Part shown: positions 23,190-36,435 of the stretch, in pieces
Layout: each line of letters starts with the position of its first letter
Position numbering within the stretch: position 1 is the stretch's first letter
Source: Nemertoderma westbladi
Taxonomy: Eukaryota; Animalia; Xenacoelomorpha
Assembly (NCBI GenBank): GCA_032718475.1
Contig: JAUCBJ010005165.1
Location: 1 to 64,000, forward strand
Direction: 5' to 3'
Length of the DNA stretch: 64,000 bases
The notes under the pieces: model-generated
What the model was told of the DNA's origin: nothing
Database searches by the model: none
Seen by the model: only the letters and a program-made list of their open reading frames with translations
Program-made: the position numbers and the translations under genes

Positions 23190-25530
23190 AGCATGTCTTA
23201 AGTATATGATATATCAAAGGGGGAAGTTTGGATTCACTGCATAAATGCAGTTCACCAAACTTCCCCCGAATGCACACTGTAACTTCCCCCTTCCCACAAA
23301 TATCCACTGTTGAATTAATTTGAAGCGATATAATAAGTACAAAATTGTGCGAGTTTTTAATTGTGTGGTCCAATTGTTATTTGATTTCTATTTATTATTT
23401 AAAGTGCATTTAATATCACACTGGTTTTTAGAATATTATACTATACAACCTTATGTTTTATTAATTTACCCAATCGAAGCCTCATAAGGGCCGGTTATTT
23501 GTACGCATATCCCCTAATGCGCTCAGTAAGGTTCAAACAATATATTAATATGAAAATAAAGTATCTGCAAAGAAAATAACCTAATACTATATAATTTGAC
23601 CTTATTAAAAAATTTGCACTTTTGCACACTTATTTGTACAAATGCACTTTAGCAGATCGTAATGGTGGCTCTTATTTAACAAACTTATGTTTATCCTCTA
23701 CCGATCTACGATGGTGTATGATCAAGTGTCAGTCGCTAAAAGTGTCAAAAATCCAATTTAATAAATCTGGATTTGCGATTTTGGACCGTATTCATGGACA
23801 TTTTTAAGTCACTTTATAGACATAAAAAGTTAAACAAATGTTACGATTATAGTTAGAAACCATTCCAAACTACATTTTAATCCAAAAAATAATATTCTAC
23901 GATGAATAGAACTGGAAATAACAGTGTTTGAAATATCGAAAAAATGTGCACTATTTAAGTGTACTTTGCACTAAGTGCACATAAGTCTTTTCCCAAGTTA
24001 TATCCTATTTCACACACTACAATCTATCCTATATCCAATGAAAAAAGTTTCAGATTAAACGGCCCTGTAGAACCGAAGTTATTTATGTTTAAAAATAGTC
24101 ACTCGACAATTTCAAATTCTCTTGGTCACATAGTCTCGTGGTTATCAATCACGTTAATGAAACCTAAGTTCGCGGGTTCGAAATCCAATATTGACCTGAC
24201 CATTCTTAATTTTTTTGCAAAAAAAATTATTTTTATTTTTTCACTAAAATCGCTTTAACTTCGGTTCTGGTGGTCCAAATTCAATAAAATTGGTATATTC
24301 TTTGCCGTAATTTTTTTCTTAATCTTTTGAGAAGGGGTTATTTTTGGCCCCAAAAAAATTAAAAAAAGGGCCAAAATAACGATATTTTTCGACCCTTAAA
24401 ATTCGTAATTTTAATTATATATGTTAAGATAAAAGATAGCGGAGTTAATTTGATACTTTTTACAGGTACTTTTGGCGCAATACGAAAAATTATAATGGAA
24501 TAGCGATTTGTTAAAAAAAAAAATTTTTCGTCCCTTTTTATAAATATTATATTTCACACGATCGCCTGCCGCTCCAGTTTTATAATACCTCCGGCGCTGT
24601 GATTAACGCTGTTAGATAGATAATTTAACGCACTATAAGTCTGTGTAAACAAATCTCCCGTAAGTTAAGTAGTTTTCGAGCTAGACGATTTCCCGCGAAG
24701 CAAGTTTGAAGCGCGAAATTATAATTTTGGCCCTCATTTTTTAAATATTATCCTTGGAGCAAATCCGATAGCATATTTGAATTCCCCGTATGGATATTGA
24801 CTGTATAGAATGTTAAAGTTAAAAATAAAAAATTATTCGATAAAAACTACTTTACAAATTCTGGCCCTTTTTGGCCCCTATTGCCGACATATTTTTTGTA
24901 CCCCCATTCGATAGGAACGTAGCCCCAATGGTCTTCTACGAGTTTCATAAAAGAATTAGTGGATTCCTACCCGCGTTGTCGAATTAAACATTTCGGAAAT
25001 AAGTTTTCCAAAAAAGACGGACAAAAACGTACAAATTTACAGCCCTTTTTTCCACCCGAAATTTTAATAAATATCTTACCCCCATTCGATACGAAGGTAG
25101 TACCACTCTTCCCCTTTCCAACCGCGTTACTTTCGTCCCCGTACGATTAATATTAGCCGAGTTATAGCGGATCCCGCAAAGTCATTTTGTCAGTTTTTTC
25201 AACTTTGACGGACATTTTCGGAAAAAAGGCGTGGTAATCTTTTTTGAAAAAAAAAACGAATTCACTAATTAATCCCTTCTATCGTATCCCGGCGTCGGCT
25301 AAGCAATAACCTAGGGATTTTTCGAGCCACTGTAGAGCGCCTTTCAAAAAAATTTTAAAATTGTCGAAAAAATGACGGATTTTTGTCCGTCGTGTCCGTC
25401 GAAGGGTTAGATTTAATAATGTTAGAGTTGCTAATATCTTAGAATTCCGAGCCGCTCCCCTGGTGAGAAAATAAAAAAATTTGGTCTGTTCCTTCATCGA
25501 AAAGTCCCCCAGAATCCCAAGTTAACCTAT
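23190..25530. mobile_element. Probable non-autonomous DNA element, unclassified
   Basis: Non-coding A/T-run-rich block lying between the two halves of the split 22295/25630 repeat; hairpin near the left end; termini not identified. Confidence 0.35.
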
Positions 25531-26728
25531 ATAGTTAGCGATGGCCTGCGGCTTTAGGAGCGGCCGCGGTATTCACCTCCCTCATAGCGGCCGCGGCGGT
25601 GTTGCGTCAAATGGAGAAATATTTATCCCACCTAGGTTTGGCTAACCAGTGGATGCGCTGTAATTGGACACATGCTGTCCCTCCATTGGTCGATCTATCC
25701 CCTTAGCCAAATGGCCAACCCCACCTTTTCCCTGGCACTATGCTAGCTTCTACCCTGAGATGACCTGTGCGCTGGCATCTCTCCTTGTGGCTGGCAATGT
25801 ATATTGCCTTCGTTGGTTGTTAGGTGACATTATATTGGTAATGTCACCTAGCCAACTGTAATTGGTAAAAATCCACTTTCCCCATTTTCCGCTGGGTGGT
25901 GCAGCGAATTGGATCCGCTTACACATTTCTGGGGTAAAAATTATGTAAAATATATGTCAAGTATTAGTTTTTCAATTACCTGTTGCTTTCATGTAATGCT
26001 TTCTATATTAGACCCCTATAACGTTTCTTAATAATGTAGAGTAGGCCTACCAGTAGCTGTATGTACTGGTAGATCTGTAGATTGGTATAGGCCTAGTTCA
26101 GGTAATCCTCTGAAGCGGCGTAACACAAGCAAGTACCAACGGCATTTCGCCACACAACCGTCAGACCGTAGGCTAACTATTAATTTGATATGATTATTAG
26201 TAACTTAGTAACTAATATTCATCATTGATTACCTTGCTAGCTGGAATCCGTCAAGGCATTCTGTTTTCATTTCAATTTTCATTCAATTAATTTATTAATT
26301 AAAATATTGGCTTTTCTTTACTATGCTACTTACTCTTGGCCAATAAGAGAAAATCTCTACTTACTTTCAGCCAATATGAAAAAATCGCTACTTACTCTTA
26401 GCGAAAATTGCTACTTACTTTTAACTAATAAGAAAATAGTCACTACTTACTCATAATCGAGACTTACTCTGCATCAAGTAGTTAGTTGTCGTGGAAAGGC
26501 GCTAACAGCCTTCCATATTAAATTACTTTATGGAATACGAATTACAACCTACAATCTTCAAAGAGATTGATTGAGTGAAATACATTATCTGGGTATAATA
26601 CTATATATACTGGGTATAAATACTGTAGTTTCATAAACCAAAATAGATGAAAACAGCTATTCTTATTTTATTTTAAAATTATTTTAAATTCTCTGTACTT
26701 CTATTTTTTTCAATATTACTTTTTTCAG

Positions 26729-26888
26729 ATACACACAATGTCGATCTGTCAACGTTCTCAGTGATGTCAAGCACTCAAGTAAACTTCGACCTTTCTGCCA
26801 GTTGAATAGCCAGTACTTTGAGTTGAGTAATGACAATGACCTTGTAGATTCGGATTACTACAATTACATTTCTGTGGGAGAGTTTTAT
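26729..26888 (+). CDS. Host gene exon 2: second half of PAN/apple-like domain
   Basis: TTTTTTCAG acceptor; (R)YTQCRSVNVL...FCQLNSQ...YISVGEFY; donor GTATGT; phase 2->0. Confidence 0.85.
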
Positions 26889-27394
26889 GTATGTTTTAAT
26901 AATACTATATATATATTTAGATATATAGAAATACTAACATGTTAGTTTTTCACTACTATTGTAGAAAAATTATAATATTCATTCCAGATGTTCTTTATAT
27001 TACTATCTGGAGACAGGGTTGAAACTTGACGCAAATCCCATCTCTGCGAATTAATTTCTTGTCATAATGTTAAATTATCACTTAAGAGAAAGGAGCAGGT
27101 TACAGTGGTACATTATTCAAACTAAAACAATACTAGAAAGTAAATAAATAGATCAGGTTACGGTGAGTGAGGGAGACTTGACTTTATGGGAGACTTGATT
27201 TTTTTAATAAGTCAAGAAATATTGTAAATTATTTGACAATACCACACAATAATGTTCAAAATACTTGTAGGCTACACCCGCGCATCAATGTTCTATTACG
27301 TTTTGGTTATTTTTTGTTTTATTGCCAATAAACGTTTTCTGGGTTCAAAAGTAAATGTTTACCCTTTACAACGAATGAAGACTCGAACCCTTAT

Positions 27395-27630
27395 TTTATG
27401 TCATGTTTGAGGACCAGCCAGTGCACAATCTTGTGCTTTGTCAGCCTCATGGAGTGAATAAGCATGGTGGACTGGACTGGACAGCCCATGACTTCTTGAA
27501 ACACATAATAAAGGACACAGGCCTTGAAGATGAGAATGATCTAGCAAATGTCATTGGTGATAGGGAGTTGTGGCGGCACAATTTTGTCGACAAGCCGGCA
27601 CAGCATTCTTAAAAATCCTAGTAGTAGTGA
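27395..27630 (+). mobile_element. RTE LINE 3' fragment
   Basis: DQPVHNLVLCQPHG...IIKDTGL...DRELWR followed by a TAGTAGTAGT tail. Confidence 0.65.
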
Positions 27631-28000
27631 TTATTAATAATTTTAAGTAAATAGTATATATAGATACATGTTAGTAACGCCTTACATTATAAGTAAATAT
27701 TATATTAATGGCGTTGTACAACCTAAACTATTTATAATCTTATTATGTACTGTATAAATGCAATACTGTACAGTAATGTATGTGTAGCGAGCCACGTAAG
27801 TCCATGTGAGCCTTTGTTTAGCGGTATAATTAGTGGACACGTCTGTCATCGTGGCTGTCGGGTGTTGGTAGAAATATTTAAACAATTTATATAAATTGCT
27901 TGCGCTATTGCAAATGCTAATGACATTTGTGGTACTATTGTTTCTGCTAATGATCTGGCTGCTGCTCTGGTAGTCTATCGTGTATATTTTATTTGTTTAG

Positions 28001-28133
28001 AAAAACGGTGTTGTAAATGACTCGTGTATATGTGATACTCCAAAAGAAAGTAGGGTGGAAACAGAAATAGACCCTGAGATAGAAACAATCACAGATCCAG
28101 AGGCCGAATGTAAAATCACATGGAAAGATCGAT
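28001..28133 (+). CDS. Host gene exon 3 (Cys/acidic linker)
   Basis: TTTGTTTAG acceptor; KNGVVNDSCICDTPKESRVETEIDPEIETITDPEAECKITWKDR; donor T|GTAAGT; phase 0->1 bridges exons 2 and 4. Confidence 0.75.
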
Positions 28134-28608
28134 GTAAGTTAAAAAGATATGATCTGTACCAAAACTCAAATAAGAAAAATCGGATACCTAGGGGGTTAAA
28201 GAAGATAATGATAATCATGATAAGAAATAAGATATAAATAATAATAAACTTTACTTGTAATTAATGGTAAATACAATGGGCAATGTATAGTATAAATACA
28301 TGTCCATCGTTCGTGGGGCCTTCGGATGAAGTAAGGTAGTTTATCATATGGGTACCACTATTCCAAACATTGCCCTCTCTACCTGGAGACAGGAGAAATG
28401 CGCGAACTGAGACTCGAGTCATTTGCTAGACTACATTTTCGAAAAACTACATACCAAGTTTGAAATTATTTCATTAATTAAGTCTTTAGGCTTCAAACTA
28501 CTGGATCTTCTATATTTTCTACACACATGTTTATATATGATATGGTCAAGCTCTAGACATAACATTATCCTTTATATTTTATCCCCACTTTATCCTTTAT
28601 TTTATCAG

Positions 28609-28704
28609 CAAAGAATATGTGTAACAATGCCATTGATAATGACTGCAACATTGTAACTGAAAAGTGCGAAGAAATTCAAACATATTTTCGATATAAATGT
28701 GTTG
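28609..28704 (+). CDS. Host gene exon 4 (4-Cys truncated EGF-like module)
   Basis: TTTTATCAG acceptor; (S)KNMCNNAIDNDCNIVTEKCEEIQTYFRYKCV; donor G|GTATGT; 96 nt, phase 1-1. Confidence 0.8.
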
Positions 28705-29187
28705 GTATGTATTGGAAACATTTATATGTATAATATCTGTATAATAATCTCAAATATCTGTATAATTATATACATCAATTTACATATGGGTTGCTCATTT
28801 TAAAAATGGTATTATTTGCATTACAAATTTAAGTGATATTTGAGGCGTTTAAGAATAGGTCTATTTGTATTTACCATGTCTACTATACGGTGCGGTGTGG
28901 GGGAATCAAGTCATCCTTCAATACAGGCCATGCAGCTTATATGTAGGGAAAATTAGCTTAGAAGGCAGAAAGTTTCTGTATTGCACACTATTACAGTAGT
29001 ACTAATAGCACAGTGCTGGTTGTTGATGTTAGACTAATTGATTGACAGATTGTATTACTTTAATTAGTTAGTTAGCTTTAATAAAAACAAGATTTGTTTA
29101 TATAGTATTACCTAAGACTAATGTTTCATAATCTCGGCTATAGCTGATCGAAATACGACGCCACTCAGAACCAAACCCCGTAAAGGT

Positions 29188-32070
29188 TGATCTTGCAGCT
29201 CAGTGCATGGGTGGTGGAGAAATGACCCCCACAACCCTCGCACTTCTCGGGGAGACCTGGTGGGGTGAGGCCGTCCTGGAGGGACAGGTTGTCCCGGAAC
29301 TCCTCCGGACTGAGGTCGGTGGAGTCAAGGACACTCGGTTGGGCGGTCAGCCAGCCCCCGGTCTTATTGAGAACCGCCCGTGTCGCGGTTCGCTGTTGGT
29401 CAGCTGGTAGCGCCCCCAATGCTGCCTCCCGCTTCTCCTTGTAGGCAGAGTCCTGAGACACCCGGCTCTCGCAGAGTACATGTCGCATGGTGGGGTTCCG
29501 CAGGCCAATGCCACCATGGCGAGCTGGAAGAAGAACCTGCTCCTCATCAGCCGAACTGAGTAGGCTTCCAAATAGGGTGGGGATGTATCGCCGGAGGAGC
29601 GCAGTCCGGATCGGGGTTACCTCTTCCACGTCTGTGGGGACAACTCGCAGCAGGTAGTCCCACTCTGCCTGTACACAGCGGGACAACCCAGTGTGTGCCA
29701 TTTGGGGGAACTCCGTAGCGACTTCCGCGAGTTTGTTTATGCTGTCCACCCACCCGGAAACCTTCTCATCAACGAACTCCTTGAGACCAGGGTGCTCCCC
29801 GATGTAGCCACCGAGGAATCGGTGTCCCTTCACTATGTGGACTCCGCTAGCACCAAACATTGCCTCCGCATCAGCCTCCCACCCCGGCTTGACGATGAGA
29901 TAGCTCTTCGTCGGCTCGGGGATGTATCCGATGCTGGGGCCCACCTGGAGGAGCTCTGACCACCATTCCCAAATCCCAGACAAACTGCCCACCGAGGAGG
30001 CATCATCGGCGTACCAGTATTGGCATTGCGATGGGATGGTGGGTTGTGCTGCCTGGTCGTCGTGGAGTGACAGTTCAGAGTCTGGTGACGTCGCCGTTGG
30101 TTTGGAACCTGACTCGATCGACGGGTGGCAAAGCCGATCCATTGGGTGGCGGCCCAGATTCAGGGGGTGGCGAACCGGCAATACTGGGTTGCAAACAGGG
30201 CTGGATCCATGACGAACTGGACTCACCACATGGTGACTGTGTCACAATGGGTGGTGCCAAAACCAACTCGCTTAGTGGTGAACCAAATCCACTACGTGGT
30301 GAACCGTATTCGCTGGGCGTTGGTGAACTGAACTCGCTGGGTGGCTGAGAACCCAACGATAACGCAGGTCGGGGAGAACCGGGTTGGATGGGTTCTTCTG
30401 GGGCCGACGGGGATTGCACCTCGCGCAACTTCCGGACCACGGGCAGGGTCCCGCAGCCATATCCCTACATCGCGAGGGGGTCGCCCTGAGGCCAACCCTC
30501 TTGGCTCCACAAGGGGGCGGAGGAACCAGACAGATAAAGGGCGGCGTGCCCATTGTAGGCATTGAAGAGGAACCTCGAGCACCTATGCCAGTAGACCCGG
30601 CAATTCCACAAGGCGACGGGGTGACTCAGGCTGTTGAACGTGTTGCGTGCATCCACCAGCAACATGGCCTGAGTAGACTCTTCGTCGAACAAGGAGGACA
30701 TCGCATGGACGGCGCCCTCAATGCCGGCCTTCACCCCGACACAAAGCTGGTCCGCCCCACACTGGAGAACGATGTCCGATTTCGTTGCCATCACCATACA
30801 GTTCGCTAGGAGGCGGTAGAGCACCTCGCCAACTCCGATTGGGTGGACCCTGGGTTCCTTGACTAGTGCTACAAGACGACATGCGCAAAGTGCCCGGATC
30901 TCACCCCATGGCACGATAGAGTTCAACAAACGATGCGCCAAACTAGCGACGGCCTCGCGCAGCTGGGCGCTGTGGTTGTCGTACCGAGTCAGCAGAGTGT
31001 GCCACAGCTCCGCGTCGCCTCCTACCGGACCGGAGCTTCCCTGGAGAGCACGGGCCGCCTTCAGAACATGCTGTCCGGTAACATCAACGCTCTCTAAAGG
31101 AGGGAGGTTTACGCAGAGGTTGAGGACAGAGGGAGAAATCGTCATCTGAGGAGGGTGTTTCTCTTCCAGGGCGTCCCGGACTGTAAAACCCGGGGGTTTA
31201 CCCTCGGCTTGGGCGTCGGGGTCCAGTCATGCAGGTCCAGCCCCCGTCGTGCTCCGTCAGCATCCGGACTGCGGACCGGTTCATCCCGGCGAGGACCTTC
31301 CGGTTGAAGATCCTCGCAGTGTTGGCTGGGGCCGCCCCTCGGGCCGTGGGGAACTTCGAGTTGCAGCGCTCCGCCTCCGCCAGAAGGGCCTAGAATTCCC
31401 CGCACTCCCACGCCCTCAATCGTCTGAGGACAAGCCGCCGGACGTCGGGGCTCTTTGCCACGTCCGGATCTCTCTGAAAGACCATGGCGACTAGGCACAT
31501 TGGGCGTTCGGACCGACAATCTCCCGCCGCAAACTTCTCCATTTCTTGGGCGAGGAGGTCAACGACCTTGCGGCCCACATTGCCTCTGGGAACCACGTAC
31601 TGGCGGCTGGGTAGTTGAGCTAGTAGGCTATGGCGTCTCTTCCAGGTTGGGTCGGTGGACGAGCCTGGGGAGTTAAGCCAAACACCCTCAAAAGCGTCTT
31701 CTAGAACCTGGGAAACTGATAGGGGGCCGTAGCTGCCGTCACCACAGAAACGGTTGAGTTAGTGGGACTACCTGGACTACCAGTGGTACTGCTAGAGTGT
31801 ACTGCCTGCGAACCGGCGGGACGCAGTGTCTGTGTCAGGTAAGGGTAACTCTCATCCCCCACGCTTTGGGAAAGCGGATCAGGGACCAAGGTGGCGTCCG
31901 GGTCGACTAATGCGTTTGTTGTAGTACCGGTAGCTGATTCCGGGTTCTTGCAGCCGCTGGTTGACATGGGCCGGCAGTTATTGCACGGCCGTGACGCACG
32001 AATGCACCCACAGCGGCTGGTAGGGCCACAAGCGGAGACATCGCATTTGCAGCAACGTTGTGAGCTCTAC
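29188..32070 (-). mobile_element. CRE-clade non-LTR retrotransposon, 3'-truncated and frameshifted
   Basis: N-terminal Cys cluster; VPRGNVGRK; PIGVGE, LLVDARNTFN, QGDPLAM, WYADD, GHRFLGGYIG, LPARHGGIGL; CEGC..H...C knuckle; GC-rich relative to flanks. Confidence 0.9.
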
Positions 32071-32284
32071 AACATCACAAACTAATATCACAATATCAAT
32101 ATGTTATAATAATATAGCTAGGGCCTAACTCGTTAATCTATCTGGGTTTGGTGTTGGGTCTTGTACTAAACTTAGTTAAATTAACTGTTTGTCTAATATA
32201 TATTCTAATATATGTCTAATATATTAATTATATAATCTAATATTTTCGAATTATTCGAGTACTTAATTTTCTATCGCATAATAT

Positions 32285-33632
32285 GGTAATGGTGAAAAAT
32301 ATCGAGACTTGAAAAATATCGAGAGTAAAAATAACGAGAGTAAAAATATCGAGAGTAAAAATAACGAGTGTTGAAAATTAACGTGATTAAAAAATATCGA
32401 GAGTAAAAATATCGAGTGTTGAAAAATATCGAGAGTAAAAATAACGAGTGTTGAAAAATATCGAGAGTAAAAATATCGAGTGTTGGAAAATATCGAGAGT
32501 AAAAATATCGAGTGTTGAAAAAAATCGAGTGTTGAAAAATATCGAGTGTTGAAAAATATCGAGTGTTGAAAAATATCGAAAGTAAAAATATCGAGTGTTG
32601 AAAAATATCGAAAGTAAAAATATCGAGTGTTGAAAATTATCGAGTGTTGAAAAATATCAAAAGTAAAAATATCGAGTGTTGAAAAATATCGAGAGTAAAA
32701 ATATAGAGTGTTGAAAAATATCGAGTGTTGAAAAATATCGACTGTTGAAAAATATCGAGTGTTGAAAAATATCGAGTGTTGAAAAATATCGAGTGTTGAA
32801 AAATATTGAGAGTAAAAATATCGAGTGTTGAAAAATATCGAGAGTAAAAATATCGAGTGTTGAAAAGTAACGAGTGTTGAAAAATATCGAGAGTAAAAAT
32901 ATTGCATTTTACTTGAGCATTTTATTTAGAATTATGGAACAATATTGCAGTGCATGGGTTTCAACAGTGCAAGTGAATGACATTATGTAATACACCTTGG
33001 GTACCCATTTACCAGAATTATTATACTAGCTAGTTTTTGCTATTTTTTTAATAAATATAATAAAAGACGTGCTAGCTATAAATTTTGATAAATATTATAA
33101 ATATTGTTAAATATTATATTAGAACACGTACTATAAAGCTACCAAATGTTGATAAATATTGTTGTTCTAGAACATTTTTAGTAAAAAAAATTATCATACA
33201 ACCCTTATTTAAAAAAATTGTTACTATCGATATTTTTCTCTCGATATTTTTCAACATTCTATATTTTTCAACACTCGATATTTTTACTCTCGATATTTTT
33301 CAACACTCGATATTTTTCAACACTCGATATTTTTCAACACTCGATATTTTTACTCTCGATATTTTTCAACACTCGATATTTTTACTCTCGATATTTTTAC
33401 TCTCGATATTTTTCAACACTCGATATTTTTACTCTCGATATTTTTCAACACTCGATATTTTTTACTCTCAATATTTTTCAACACTCGATATTTTTACTCT
33501 CGATATTTTTCAACACTCGATATTTTTACTCTCGATATTTTTCAACACTCGATATTTTTACTCTCGATATTTTTCAACACTCGGTATTTTACTCTCGATA
33601 TTTTTCATGTCTCGATATTTTTCAATATAACC
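32285..33632. mobile_element. Foldback MITE with arrays of AAAAATATCGAG(TGTTG/AGT) subrepeats in inverted arms
   Basis: Termini GGTAATGGTGAAAAATATCGAGAC and (reverse complement) GGTTATATTGAAAAATATCGAGAC; flanks CATAATAT (32277-32284) and CATAATAC (33633-33640). Confidence 0.85.
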
Positions 33633-34226
33633 CATAATACTGTATTTGTTAATTTTGTTTACATTTGTCTTTATTTTAATTTAGGTTATTTTCTGTAATC
33701 ATTATAATAATTAATTTGTACCTAGTTGTTTTTTGTCTGAAGATGTATATTATTATAACGAAACGTACCGGATCTAAATAATTATGTTTTTTTCAAATCG
33801 CACTACTTGTTCTTTTCTGTTTCAAATCACCACTGGGATTTTTCGACCATTAGCAGCACTACTGGCGGGGGGCCGATCCCCCCCCCCCCCCCCCCCCCCA
33901 TTGTATTTTAGTAATCGTCCAATGAAATCTTGACAATGATTTTGACAATTGACAAATGATTTTAGGCCGAATTCAGCCACTGTTGGGCTGGGCTGTCCAG
34001 TGTCCAGGCTTGTATAAAAGCACATGTTATTTGTTAAGAGTTAGAGGGTTGAACTTCAAAGCTCCCTCCTGGCTTATTAGGAATTTTTTTTATATATCTT
34101 GAAATCTAATAATGATATGAAAATTGTATTTTTACCATATTAAAAATAAGCACGCAGAATTATACTACATTATGTGCTTTATGTCCAGTTAACTGCGGCA
34201 TTACTAAATGAATTTGTATCATATAG

Positions 34227-34358
34227 ATAGAGATGAATGTGCCGAAGAAGTGGATAATTGTGATGAAGTTTCAACATCTTGTTCAAACAGAGAAGATGGA
34301 TATGATTGTAACTGTAAAACTGGTTTTCTCGCAACAAACCAACCAAATCAATGCGAAG
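34227..34358 (+). CDS. Host gene exon 5: calcium-binding EGF-like domain
   Basis: (D)RDECAEEVDNCDEVSTSCSNREDGYDCNCKTGFLATNQPNQCE; AG/GT bounds; 132 nt, phase 1-1. Confidence 0.9.
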
Positions 34359-34599
34359 GTTATTACTTTTACATTATTCCATTATAAATATAATATATAA
34401 CTTTATTTTCAAGTCCGTGTGAAATACGCTGTGAAATAAAGTGAACTCGATGTTGGGCTATGGGGTGCTATATAATATAACAGCGTGATATAAAGTAACA
34501 GTAGGTATTCTTTCTTTATGATTGTACCGTATGCTACGGTCACACCAAGGCCATCTAAACAACCTAAGCTATCTAAACAATCTAAGTGTGTAGGTTTCT

Positions 34600-34865
34600 G
34601 TATGTATGTGTATGATGTCGTCTCTGTGGAGAAACATATATAGGAGAAACCTACACACAAATTCGCGCACGCATGTCCAGACACCGCAATGCAGTTAGGA
34701 ATATTGATGGCAAAACTACATCCGCAATGAAAGATCACTATCGCAAATTTCACGCAGACCTCCCACTTAATAGTAGAGACAATCAATTCACCATAGAACT
34801 CAAAGATAAAACTGTAAAGACTGGGTAGACAGGAAATTACGAGAAAAATCACATATAAGAGAAAG
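34600..34865 (+). mobile_element. Penelope-like element GIY-YIG endonuclease remnant
   Basis: Manual translation CRLCGETYIGETYTQIRARMSRHRNAVR...SAMKDHY...RKLREKSHI. Confidence 0.75.
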
Positions 34866-35479
34866 ACGACCTGCTATTAATACACAGTATGCTGGCACGT
34901 TTGAAACCAGCTGGTGAGTAATCTTACGAACCTACAGCACTACACGCCATACTGTACCACGTTTAAATGGTGCAAATAATACACTATAATTACAATATTT
35001 GGTGCGATTAATTTATAACATTCCATGTAGAGTAGTAATAGTTAGTGTAGTGCTATAATGTGAATAATTAATATACAGTATGTAAAGAGCCCCCCCCCCC
35101 CCCCCCCCCCCCCCCATTATGTAGTCTAGACTGTCACCGGTACAGGTGTCAGCAGTAGTACATACTGTTTGTGCTTTTGCTGTACCGATATAATTTCTGT
35201 TGTTGACCATTTACCCTACAGCTAGTAAAAGGCCTATGGCCGAAATATTGCTGGAAATATTAATTAATTAGTTTTATTAATTGATTATCAGTGGGTCACG
35301 TGTAAAAAGATATCTATCCTATCCACTCTAGATAAATATAGCTAATTGTTTATCGATTGTTAATGAAGCCAACCATCCCAACAATAGTGTTGGTATTGAG
35401 TATTTAGATTATCTGCGCTTTATCGCCCATCAATCAACGGCAAGAGTAGGTTATTTACAAATTGTTTACAACCTAATAA

Positions 35480-36431
35480 TGTACCAGCGACCGGGCCAGG
35501 CCGGCCAAAGCTTAACATTTCTCCAAATCATTTGAGCTACTCAAATAAATTGGTTTCAAGTGGTCTGAAATAGCAGTGATGTTTGGTATCAGCCGATCTA
35601 CCATTCAGGGTCGAGTTTGAGAGTTTGATTTAGCAATCCGTGGAAGATATATCAATATCAGTGTTGGTGATCTTCCTAGTATCATTGCCCAAATTTATAA
35701 TCAATTCCCTCATGCCGGCTGAAGATTTGTTAATACCCTAATGAGGGAGAAAAATATTTATGTGCCATTTGAGTGTGTTTATCGACATTTACGACAAATT
35801 AATCCAGTATTATCAGCAGCAAGATGGGGTTGGGGTGCAAATATAGTGTCAAGGCAGCTAATTCACTGTGGCACATAAATGGTCACCATAGCCTAATACG
35901 CTGGAATATTGTGGTACATGGTGGAATTGATGGTTTTTCAAGGTTAATTACTTATCTTAGAGCATCTGGAAATAATCGGGCAGATACAGTATTACCATTA
36001 TTCGAAGAAGCAGACGTCTTTGGTGAGATGTTTTTCGTACAGTTATCATTGTTTTTTATGAATTTTTTTGTTAGAAGATAATCATCACTTAGATATATAC
36101 AATGCCGCTGATATTTATTGCTTACATGTTGCCTTTAAGCACCAGATAAACATAGCGCTCGAGCAATTCGTTTAGACATGGAATCGTCATGGTTTGCTAA
36201 CAGAAAACTATTAGTCGCCAATAAAAATTTTTGTAAATAGTAAATTGAACTGTGTTGATAATACTGACGAAACCACGGATATAGAAACATATGGGTGGAT
36301 TGGGAATGGCCCATTGTTGCACGAAGAAGAATCTGTGGTTGATGTTTCAGATCTAATTGCACCCATTATATTACTGTCGATAGTACTTTGTACTTTGTAC
36401 ATAGGTATAGTGAATCGTCAAAACCAATCCC
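35480..36431 (+). mobile_element. IS3EU-like integrase-core transposase pseudogene, interrupted by piggyBac (likely resumes ~39435-39530)
   Basis: NSLWHINGHHSLIRWNIVVHGGIDGFSRLITYLRASGNNRADTVL; family name recalled from the motif, not searched. Confidence 0.7.
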
Positions 36432-36435
36432 TTAA

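Noticed and set aside
28050-28055. Alternative donor GTAGGG for exon 3
   Set aside because: Phase-compatible but weaker than GTAAGT at 28134, and the frame stays open to that site
29207-32085. Many overlapping + strand ORFs
   Set aside because: Shadow frames of the GC-rich CRE element on the minus strand
32263-33637. ORFs of 214, 181 and 139 aa (FQHSIFFNTRYFSTLDI repeats)
   Set aside because: Translations of stop-free foldback subrepeats
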